Origin: Iphione sp. A-MEVVRFRX5
Taxonomy: Eukaryota
NCBI GenBank assembly: GCA_976226885.1
Contig: OZ320316.1
Span: 36,084,001 to 36,148,000 of the forward strand
Direction of reading: 5' to 3'
Length of the DNA stretch: 64,000 nt
Each line of letters starts with the position of its first letter. Positions within the stretch are counted from its first letter, which is position 1. The notes beneath the pieces are model-generated. The model searched no databases and was not told the origin of the DNA. It worked only from the letters and a program-made list of their open reading frames with translations. Both the position numbers and the translations under genes were made by a program. Of this stretch, positions 11,659 through 22,557 are shown piece by piece.

Positions 11659-11758
11659 AATGGCTAGATTGCGCACAGCTCATCCCTTGATATGACGTCA
11701 CTATTCCCACTAGATTAATCCTAATCAAACGTCGTAAACTCGTTTAATTAGAGTATTA
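11659..11758 (+). repeat. DIRS right inverted terminal repeat, with a 3' extension
   Basis: Inverted match to the left ITR followed by a right-end-specific extension that is complementary to the ICR. Confidence 0.93.
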
Positions 11759-14244
11759 GACCCTATGTAATGGACTGGATAATTAATGGTTTTGAGAGTG
11801 TGTTAACTAAAGCCGTTGAATCCTGTGTGATTATAATAAATCACTGAATAAATCACTACCTGATGCCAATCATTCTAGACAAGAAATGAGAGGGCTGTTC
11901 AGCGACTCTTCTGCTCTTCATCATTCCAAACGCTCTTCGTTCTCCCAATCGTTCTTGCTGATCTTCTTTTCTCTTCATAACCAAGGAGATGCTCTCTCCC
12001 CCTGACATTCCTTCAGCGCACTGCACTCTTTCTCTACCCCCCCCCCACAAAAAAAAAGGTTCATCCTAGGGCTCCTACTTCTCTACCCATTTGCCTCTAT
12101 TGCGCTGCTTACTTGCCATCAATCTAAGCATTCTATTCAAGAGATACCTTGGAGCACAGGCCCAGTACCGCCCCCTCCCTCGTCTCGATTAGAAGGCACC
12201 TCATTGCAACCTAACATTCTAATTTACTCTTTTAATCTTCTCAGCATTGAGATAACATTGCTCCACTCCCACGCGTCAGTGACAAAACGTATCTTCTCTA
12301 TGCTGTATTAGAAACTCTGTTGTCGCTTGTTTCTTTGGCCGCTAACATTAAACAGCTTTTCAGAGCTGATACGTGTATTTGGGAGATGGAAAATATTCAG
12401 TTGTAACAGTCAAAACCCCTGTCAACGGGCTAAGCTGTGCTTTCGTCAACTACCTTCGCGCTCAATTAGCTGAGGATTAATCAAATCTTGTGACAATTTA
12501 ATTACATTCTCCAGCGCCTTTCTTAATAGGCCCCTGCACCCTCCCCCTGCTGATTAGGCCGAGATTAGAGCTCCCAATTCATTAGGTTTAATTACCACCG
12601 CGGTCTGGTGGCCTCTCGTCCTTTTAGTGGGCTGTCTCTGGGGGAAGGCAGGATCAGACAGGCCAGGGTTACAGCTAACAATGATGGTGAAAGTTATACT
12701 GGTATTGGCAGTGTTTGCATCGGCAGCAATTGTAAATGGACCATCAACATATCATTCTGGACCTGTTCCAGCCTCTAAATTCGTATGCAATGTTCCTGGT
12801 GAAAGGAGCAGAGTGTATTCATCTTTCTAATGCAGAAGTCTGTAGTACCGTGAGAAGCAATCCAAAGGCAGTCGGATCTGATGCCAATACGATTTAAACT
12901 GACACAGTTGTCCAGTTCTTTACGCAAAAACAGGTGAACCACTATGGAATAAAACAGCCCGCAGGTTGAGCATAAATAGATGGGTAGTCAGCCTTGTTAA
13001 AAACCAATGAAAATTGATCCCTTCTCAATAGCTTTGACTAGGAAGAAAGGTAGTCGTTCGATATACTATCACCATATGCTTAGCTTTCAATGTGTATCAA
13101 TGACAGCAAGGTTCTCCACATGAAGTACTGCAATAGGCATTGTTAGTATGTGCTGGAATCGGTCAACAAAGGTTTGCTCGAGAGGAATGGCTTTAATGTT
13201 GTGGTAGCCGAAGACACTTTAATCAAATGCACTTACATTATGGCTTCCAAACAGAGCGACCTTTTAAAATGCACTGAATAGCCAGCATACTCTTTCAAGC
13301 TTTGTAGTAGGCACATCCAAGCTGTACACACTTTTATTATTCACGAGTCAGTCTTAGGGCTGTCAGACCATCAAAGAGTCTGCTCTAAAAGGGCATTTTG
13401 TTGGCAGGTACCTGCTGAGAGTAAGCTCGTCTAAAACAGCCTTGAACCATGTTTCGTTTAAAAAAATAAAACCAACACTGTCGATCGACGTATCTGTTGC
13501 CAATCAGAAAATAGTATGTAAGAGAGCATCTAAGTGTGCCGCGTAGGAAATGAATAATAGAAGGCTTTTGCCCTAGAGTGATTGGTTCATTGAAGCGACA
13601 CACTAGATAGTACCACTCCCCATGATTAAATATAAATGCTTATGTTAGTGGCTGATTGCAGGGAACGTCAATTATTTCAGGTTTGTATGCATTATTCGAC
13701 GTGCGTGTGATACAGATGTAAATGTAAATGTGCATGAATACAGTGCGTTCCGTGTATGTACATGTCTACCAAAACATTACTCGCTAACCTAAACGTAAAT
13801 CATGAGCTGTAGAATTTTCTAAGGTGTCTAATAGTGGGGAAAAAACATGCATAATATGCGGCTATGCAAATGTGTGTGTCATCTGTTGTCGCACGTTGTC
13901 GTACCACCGCCTTTTCAACAGTGTCCAAAAAGGAAGTGATCCTTTATGTAAATTTTTAGTACATAGGCAATGGCGCTATTTCAACTGTTCACTTGCTGGG
14001 CAGAATAACTCCTTCTGCAGAATAATCGCACTACACTGACGCAGATGCACAATCATACACATGGGCATTTGGCTTAAAATGATACCAGGAACGTGTAACA
14101 GGAAATGCTCGTTTTGATACAATTTGCATACCCCTTCCTCTACGCTTTCAAACCAAGGCAGTTGACCCCTAGATATGTGTCAATTACTTAGAACGTGACG
14201 GACATACAGTCAGGGCCTCGACGTCCCGGTCTTCTGACTCTACC

Positions 14245-14273
14245 CTCTCTCTTTTTCTCTCTCCATCCTCTCG

Positions 14274-14345
<72 letters not shown>
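14245..14345. repeat. (TC)n(AC)n compound microsatellite
   Basis: Directly visible dinucleotide runs. Confidence 0.95.
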
Positions 14346-14418
14346 TAGGTACATATATACACCCACCAGTACTCACAAATACAAGAATCTGAAATAGCTA
14401 AGGACGTGACAGACTTAC

Positions 14419-15192
14419 AGCGAAGAGTTCAGCGCCCAACATGACAAGACCGATGACGAAGGGCGCAGCTGCCCTGAGGCCCTCGCGTGGCTTGTCACGA
14501 GCAGCCAGCGCCGTGAAGGTGACTGCAAACGTGGCGAACAGCTCGACGGCGAAGCCCTTTTCGGCCGACACCCGTAGCATGCTGGCGCCGAGGTTCACCT
14601 GGAACTCGTATGGCGTCAGGCCCAACAGCAGGGCGGCGCCCAGGACGGCACCAAGCACCTGCGCCAGGACGTAGGCGGCGGCACGACCGATGCTCATGCG
14701 ACGCGCGGCCAGCCAGGCCAGCGTGACGGACGGGTTGAGGTGACCGCCACTCACCGGCCGCACGGCGTACACCAGCCCGGCGTAGGCGGCGGCGAAGGTA
14801 GCGGCGATGCGCACCACATCTGGGTCGCGGTCCGGGTGTAGCGTAAGCCACGAGCCGCAGCCGAGGAGAACCAGCAGCAGCGTGCCCAGGCACTCGGCGC
14901 TGAAGGCCTGCAGGAAGCGCGCCGGTGTACCGATACTTCCGCCAACCGTCGACGTACTACTGATGGAACGCGACCGCTCGTTGCGTTCGGTACTCGACGA
15001 GTCGGTGTTCCGGTCTCCGCCGCCACCTCGGGCGCTCTCCGAAGCCGAGGCGGCCATTTTCCCGCAGAAGTCGGTCAGTCTGCCGCACAATGCCCTCACC
15101 TGTTCGAGGCAGTGCGCGCAGCGCTCCCTGGCCCCTCCGCCGCCACTGCCGCCGCCTCTCGACGACGAACCGCCGTTGTCTGAGCGACACAT
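14419..15192 (-). CDS. Aquaporin (MIP family, AQP4/AQP1-like), first coding exon (N-terminus to TM5)
   Basis: Translation includes FLQAFSAECLGTLLLVLLGCGS (TM1), VSGGHLNPSVTLA (first NPA-type box) and GFAVELFATF (TM4). Ends at ...TTCGCT|gtaagt (intron starts 14418). In-frame ATGs at 15192 and 15057. Confidence 0.93.
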
Positions 15193-16759
15193 CCGGTCGC
15201 TGGTCCCGACTGGCTCCCAGGTACAGCTTCGTCACCACCACTACCCGCAGGTGGGAGGGGGGCCTTCCTTCTCCCACTCGTAACAAATGCTGACGTCACG
15301 ATGCCAACTACCAATCGACGCCAAGCGCAGGTCCCCACGAGGGCTTAAGCTAATAACTTATATTGCCACCAGGCGGTCTGAGTGAAGTCACCTAAGTGTG
15401 TAGGTAGTGGGTGTGGCAGCTTTTGTGGGACAGAAACTGGGGAGCAGCTCACAGAGTAATACCCCTCACGAATTCCTCCTGAGTAACTCAATATGGCAGC
15501 GAGCCGTTCGAGGGTCCCTGTCCGCAGAGCGAGGTGTTGTCTTGGAAGTCTCCAGGGGAAGCCACCAAGTCGAAGGCCGCGGGAAAGTGATAGCTGCTGG
15601 CACAAAAAGGGTTACCAGCAGCAATAGCGTTCAGAGGTCCGGGTGTTATTGGAAGGGTGGTCTCTAGTAATTGGGGTTATAGCGCCGTGTCTTTGATGCC
15701 GCCTAATATGGGATATCTTCAACCCTTTTGATTGATGAGGGCTTGCGTTGTTTCAAGTTCAAAAGTGAATAAATCCCAACTATCAAAAAGGAGTCGAAGG
15801 TTTTGAGACTGAAGCAGTTGTGATGAAAGGGGAACGCGAACAGTACTCGTGGACTTGATTAGACAGCTGTGGATTTCTTACAATGTATGCTGTTTCCCGT
15901 GGTGAATAGTTGCAGTGGGTGGTCGTTACTTGATTTAACTACATCTCTGACCTCAACCACGAGTTCAACTTCTATATTCACCACACGATCTGCGTTCACC
16001 TTGGAGCGCCACCCTAAACCCAAATTACTTCTCAGTGAGGAGGAGCCAAACCGGCGGGGGCAGGTTTTGTGGGTGATCTAGCTGGGGCTTCAGCTTGGTC
16101 GTCACTCTCAACGGTAAGTAATGCAACTAGACCAACGCGCTCGTACCGTTTGTCAACGCTAGCCTGAGCAGCTCGCTGAAGCGTTAGTGATAGATGCTCC
16201 TTGGTCGACGCTTATGCCAACACCTTCTCCTGGTAGGCTACCCAACGAAGCGGGACGGTGATTCCCAGTTAGGGAATAGTAGGGCGCACCGACCTGTTGC
16301 CAAGGGTACCTGCTCTATTCCCAGCGCTATTGGAGGCGAGCAGAAGGTCCATGCAGTGCAGATGGACCCTCTAGGTGTCCTCACCATCTGCTTAATGTTG
16401 TTGCTTGCAGCTGCTGGTCCTCGCCCTGCTCCTGCTGCAGAAAGTGATGCTAAATCCTAAGACTCTCTTCTAGAAGGCGACCTCTGTCGTTGAATGCGTG
16501 AACTGCTGAACGTCTAGTGTTCACCTGCGCAAGCAGACGCCAATGGCGCTAAGGTTTTCAGCAGCTCAAAACCAGGGGAAAAGACTAGGTTCGCACTAGG
16601 GCGGCGCTAGTGTGCCACGCCTTGCCCTGCTTCTGCTCCCGCTCCTCCAACAGATACTGATTGTATTGATGCAAGAGTGGCGTGCTGTTGTCTCTGGTTT
16701 TGACTCGAAATAATACTGCTGACCAGGTCTTGCTCAAGTATTGCTATTACTGCCTGTGT

Positions 16760-16950
16760 TCTCCTCAAAATTACTGCTGTTGCTGGTGGTAGTGTTGCTG
16801 CTGCTGCTTCTGCCGTCGCTACTACCACTGCTGCTGCTGCTGCTGCTTCTGCTGCGAGGATCCTCGGTGGTGCCGGTGGTGCTGCCGATGGTTCTGTCAA
16901 ACCGCCCCCACCGCCACCACTAGGTTGCCACGGCTGCTGCTGCCGCTTCT
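16760..16950. repeat. CTG/CAG-rich low-complexity tract in a GC-rich island
   Basis: Interrupted (CTG)n and (GTG/GCC) runs. The overlapping ORFs are low-complexity artefacts. Confidence 0.8.
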
Positions 16951-17689
16951 ACTCCATCGACCAAACCACACTGCCTGCGATGCTTCCACGTCCCTCATGT
17001 GCCCGTCGCTGGCTACACCTGCGTCTGAAAACGTGCTGTGCACATTAGCCCATCCGCACACACAGCGACGTGCACGCCGCGCCCGCCCAAACACACTGAC
17101 AAACAGACCTAAGAATACCACCGCACAGTCCGTCCCACGCACATGCCGACAGACACCACAGTTAAAACTCGCCTCTCGGGAGGGCGGCGAAGATTGCCGA
17201 ATGTTTACGAACATTAAGGAGGCAAACAGGTCAGCATCTCCTGTGCCTTCAATTCGGTTTCATTTCGCCAGATGGCGTATGAAAGTGATTTTTGATATAT
17301 CATACGGGCTCATCTGAAAATGCTGCGCAGACTCTTTGTTGCCATTACTATTTTATTCATTTCAGTAATGTGATTTGCATAAATTTAAATAATTTAAAGG
17401 AAAACGGCAAATATGAACGCTAAAGAAAACTGACAAATACTATAATGTGAAACTATATGGTAGTACTCAGGTCCTTACCATACCTTTCATGAATCCTCTT
17501 AGGAGGCAGGTAAGTAGTGAAAAAGTGGGGTTCTGGCTCTGGATTTCCCCATAGGTTTACTATAGGACAGAGAACCCTATTTTTTCAAGGTGGGTCCCTA
17601 AGGCTGGTTGGTTGCAGACAGTGTCTCAGACTGTTCTCCGCAAGTGTTGAGAGACCTTTAGAATATATGATCCATAACAACATATGAAT

Positions 17690-18727
17690 AAAAAATCATT
17701 TTCAAGTAAAAATACCAAATTGTGTATAATTACATAAAAATCAGAAAAAACAGATGTTCAATCATCATAAAGAGTATGTAATGCCACACACCTCATCAAC
17801 ATGATGAACCTGTCTGTTGTGATGTACCTGGAGAAAACAGGCATTGCCAATTCTTCTAACTTGGACCAATAGTTATGGAGACATGGTTTTGTAACAATGC
17901 CCATGAGCATGGATAATCTGATAAAATTCTACAGATCGTTCAAAGTGAAGGAAGACCATTTTGCTCAATGTCCAGTCAGCACATCGTCCTTTTCTCTCAT
18001 GGAATGTTGGTTGATGTTCCCTAAGATCTTAGGCATGAAGTCTACAGTGAGAAACAATTGAAATATGTCAAAAGGAGTTTTCAATTTTTGTGGATCAATT
18101 TCATCATTCAGTCCCGTAACTTCCTCATCAAAAGGAACTATTGGTATTTCTCTGGGTTGTCCTAGTCTCTTGTCAAACCAACTGTTGTTTTCTCTTTCGA
18201 GTCGTTCCAACAGCTGAATGAGCGGTACATCCGATTCATTCCCATTCTGGCTGTCATTTTTTGCTTTTTCCAGGATTTCTTCATGACTTTCATCAGAATC
18301 TTTGTTATGTTCTTCATCTAGAAGCCTACGGGTGTGCCAACTTCTCCTCCCAATCGGATTCTAAATCTGAAAATTCTGGGTTGGAGGCCATTCCTGATGC
18401 TAAATACCGTCTGCTGCTTGTGGCAGATGCAGGGAGCATGAGCCAACAACAAAGTGTGCAATGTCCAATTACACAGAACATTAATCATTATGGAATGTAC
18501 CATACTGTATTCTTAACTTTTCATTATACAAAGTTAAATAATCATTTATTAATATATTTCCAAATTATCATCAAAAACAATCTATTATTTCTATCATTAA
18601 TTTTAACTTAAAAACAATTGGGGTCTGTCTGCATTAATACATTGCCCATTGTTCACCCAAGAATGTGTGAGTGTATTCACCATTGTTGCCCCGGGGATGC
18701 ATTTTTGCATCGGCCGCCTGTATAGGG
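17690..18727 (-). mobile_element. piggyBac-family DNA transposon remnant (5' end and transposase N-terminus)
   Basis: Terminus reads TTAA|CCCTATACAGG on the minus strand (TTAA at 18728-18731). ATG at 18391 leads to an acidic N-terminus, then PFDIFQLFLTVDF, MGIVTKPCLHNYWS and TTDRFIMLMRC, typical of the piggyBac transposase N-terminal region. The other end was not found. Confidence 0.75.
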
Positions 18728-18859
18728 TTAACCTCATAGTATATACATAGTATTTACAGCTATGACAATATGAATGGATATTGGATATTCATCTATGAAG
18801 TACCAGGGGTAAAATGTACCAGGGATAAAGGGACAACATTACAGGAGTATGTTGGAAAC

Positions 18860-19013
18860 CAGGCCCGTAGCCAGGAAGTTTACTGGGGGGGGGGGTATCA
18901 GACGATACCCGCCATACCTGAGAGGTGGAACTAATTTTGTTTATTCCTACCAAGCCTATAGTCAGAAATGTCTATGGGGGGTATTACACAGTACCCCCTT
19001 GGCTACGGGCCTG
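18860..19013. mobile_element. 154-bp MITE
   Basis: 14-bp TIR caggcccgtagcca / tggctacgggcctg; GAAAC flanks both sides. Confidence 0.8.
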
Positions 19014-19559
19014 GAAACCTAACAAGGTAGTTCTTTTATCCACTAGTTGTCTGTGCCTTCATTGCATATGGGGTATACATCTATGACTATAATGGCTCAT
19101 AGGCACATGGCACTATTGCATAGACTTTTTCCAACACATTAGCCTATGGATGAGAACCAAGAATGATGATGACAAGTGAAAATCAATCACAGCTTTCTAT
19201 TGCAATCAGTACCCACCTTAGTTTCCAAGAATTAATGAGCTACGTAAAAATGGTTTGTGGCTAAATTAATAGCTCATCAGGGAACAGGGTGATGATGACA
19301 GTTGACAAATGATCTCAGCTTGCTACTGTGATATTTAAGCCTAGTAAAAAATTGGTGTTTTTAGGAATCCGACCAAACCTACATTAGAGACAATTGCAAT
19401 TTTTTATTTTTATTGTTTTGTAAATATCTTCATAACAATACATCATTGTGATATATATAATACATCATTTCGTTGCTTACATCATTAGTTTCAATTAGGA
19501 TAATAAAAACAAAGAAAAGACTTACTGACCCTACAAGTACCTTGTTACTGGAAACACAA

Positions 19560-20530
19560 ACAAATTTTTTGTACCGACCACCAACGTATTTGTGACATCT
19601 TTATACACTGGTTGAATTTGTTTGGCCAATAGAACCACTTCAAATATACCATTTTGTTTATTCTACAACTCTTTTCTTTAATAATTTTTTCTATCTTCTA
19701 TAAATCATTTTTAGCTACTTTTCATAGTTTCTCTTGGTAGAATGTTCTAGATACATGTTCATCCAGAAAATTGATCAGTCTATAGATTGGTAGACCCTTT
19801 CTCTTAGAATGTTTAGCTTAAATATTTCCTCCCACAATTTTTCATCATATTCCCAACAGAATGGATTTCTTAAATGAGTAATTTTTATATAATCCCCCTT
19901 CTGAAATATAATTTTTCCAGCTTTTTTCTTGGAAAGATATGGACAATATACTTTCCACCACATGAAGGTTTCATTTTGTGTGCTAACCTCATTAAGAGTC
20001 ATACCAATGCTTCTATGGTAGGTGTTATTTTAGCTCTCAGCCAAGTCTGGAAGAATGTTAATATATAAGTTTGATTGGTTGTAAAGTATTGATAAATTTT
20101 AAATGTTATTATTTTGATAACCCTTTCAGCATAGTTGGCTTTAACTTCAGTTTGAGTGACAAAGTAATGAACATCATACTTTTGGAATACTTTTTGAACA
20201 AATTCGGCTTTAACTTTTTGTCCCTTGTCAGTACACAAGTACAAGTATTAGCAGCTAATGCATAGACATAACCTCTATTGTATTTAGGAAGAGTCAATGA
20301 GATCAGTATTCCTTTATCATCTATATCTGCAACAACAACTTTATTATGAGTAAACTTTCTATTGGATGGTTTATGAAGAGTGTGAGGTTCTTATTTGATA
20401 ACCAGTGTATTGAAAACTGTAATTTTTATCTGTGGCATTGACTGCTTTACACAGATTTCCCAGAGAGCTGAAAGCTGCTTGATGCTTATGATCATAACAG
20501 ATGCTTGCTAGGTAATCATCCATGATGAGA
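19560..20530 (-). pseudogene. Polinton-type retroviral-like integrase remnant
   Basis: MDDYLASICYD, TDKGQK, EVKANYAERVIK, FQKGDYIKITH and a degenerate C-terminal chromodomain-like segment. Several stops and frameshifts. Confidence 0.85.
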
Positions 20531-22442
20531 CAGAATGACTGTATATCTCCCTACTCTTCCTCCTCCTCCTCTGCTGACTCATGACTAGAATTATCTTCAA
20601 ACAGATCTTGAAATTGTTCTTTATGTCTTTTCAGCTCGTTTTTAATGGCTTGGGACTCTCCTACTTTGTAGATGTATTGCTCAGCTTTGTCTAAATTATC
20701 ATTAGTTGTCTTGTCATTACTGAGATCTATAGCCTGGTCAAGATACCTTTTGTAAATTTTCACAAACTCCTTCTCCTGTGGCTCTTCTAACTCTTTGGCT
20801 TCGTCCCACATCCATTTAAAAGTTGCATTTTCTGTTATGTCTATATCAGAATCATCCTCTTCTATGTTCTCATCCTAGGACTTTTTGTTGGTGGTTCCAC
20901 CTCACATTCTCTCATGTACCTGTGAAGATTAAATAGGCTTGCATATACAAGACCACACTCATCACAAGGATAGATCTCTTTCCTCTGCATCCTACAGCCA
21001 TTAGCCTCCGTTTCAGAGATGTTTACTCTTTAGCTATCTGTATCTATCTGAGTATCTACAGTTAGTTGAGGCTTTTTATACAGTTTGCCAGCAGTCTACC
21101 CTGAGCAAGCATGTTAGGTTTGTTAATCACCACTAAATGATCATAAGGAATGGAGACTCTTCTTCATACCTTTGCAGTAGACAACCTCTGTTCCCTGGAA
21201 ACATTTGTTTTGCAATAGTATGAGCCCCCTGTCTATCAACTGCCATGTCAAAGAGTACCATGTACTAAACTTTATGCCTGATTATTTTTGGTCCCAGGCC
21301 AAAGAAACTTTGCATGATAGTTATGACAGATAGGTTTTGGTGCTGACTACCCCTGCTATATATATAACACCATACTTTTCTCTGAGAACATGGTTAAATC
21401 CCACATTGAGTAGGCTCAGCAATCAACATAATAAAAGATTGAGTAAATATCACACCTAATATTCGTGCCAGTGCTGATATTGTAGCCACTACAGCCACTG
21501 TGGCTACTGATGCAGTCTCAGCAGCTGCTGGTGCAGTCAGAGCAGCCACTGGTGCAGGCATTGGTGATGTGGGTGTTGTCGCTACTGCAACTGTGGGTGC
21601 AGCTGATGCACCCACTGTGGCTACTGCTGCGGGTATTTCCCCTGCCCGTTTTGCATTGCAGTTACTGCAGCCACTGGTGCAAGCATTGTGGCCATTTTGG
21701 CTGCTGGTGCAGGTATTGCAGCTGCTGGGGCCACTGCAGATGCTGGGAGTGTGTCCATCTCACCTGCTAGTGTTGCATTTCGTGTAGAGGTATGGTGTGG
21801 TACTGATTGTATCAGGTAGCGTATTCTGTTAGATAACAATTCCGATCATGACATCTAGTGAACCCTGTGCTACAAACCTCACAAAATGATTCTTACCCAT
21901 GTTGACAGGCTGATGTCCCAACTACAAATGGGAACTATCAATATGTTTTGTAATATCCATATAAGCAAGTGTAACACACCCATTAGATATAATGATATAA
22001 TCATTTTTCATCATAGTGGGACAAGCTACTCTTATTCAACTTGACATTGTAAAGTGGATGGTTAAGACTATGAGTTTGTGCCATGCTGTGGATTTGTGTC
22101 AACTTATCAAATGGGATGGCCATATATTCACCATGGGTGATGGTGTTTTTCACAATAGATTTTTTCATCCCTTTGGCAGTTTCCCTTTCTTTCCTGTCAT
22201 AGAACAGGCTGTGCACTTTGGAGTGTAACGCAACAGACCTAGGAGGTGGAACACTGGTATATTTATCTTTCATTTTACCCAGTACGTGTACTTTCTTGTT
22301 CTCTGTACTGTACAGAGGATGGTCTTGTGGATAATCCTAAGTATCAACAAAAACGATGTCTGTACCCATGTTGTTGTAAACGTTATCTGTTTCTATTTCA
22401 TAGCATAAATTTTGCTTTGCTATCATACCTATCTTTAATGTA

Positions 22443-22557
22443 CAAAGGGTAAATAGGGTATCAAATGTATAGAAATCAACATTTTGTTTCCCACCTCAGG
22501 TGGTCACAAATAGCGAATGGTCACAAAATGATGTGGTCACAAATAGGGTCTCAACTG
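22443..22557. mobile_element. Internally deleted TA-inserted MITE within pPolB
   Basis: Flanked by TA on both sides. Shares aaatc(a/g)acattttgtttcccacctc and the right terminus with the copy at 24265-24441. Removing it restores ...FHYTYIKDRY. Confidence 0.7.

Larger units (their letters stand above)
5089..11758 (+). mobile_element. Full-length DIRS1-type tyrosine-recombinase retrotransposon, antisense within the aquaporin intron
   Basis: Inverted termini (5116-5146 = reverse complement of 11659-11689, 31/31). ICR at 11457-11564 is complementary to both ends. ATTA is present at both junctions. Encodes gag, RT/RNaseH/MT and a tyrosine recombinase. Clearly more GC-rich than the flanks. Confidence 0.97.

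Noticed and set aside
21394-21839. Overlapping Ala/Val/Gln-rich ORFs on both strands
   Set aside because: Low-complexity, frameshifted segment inside the Polinton relic; not separately assignable.
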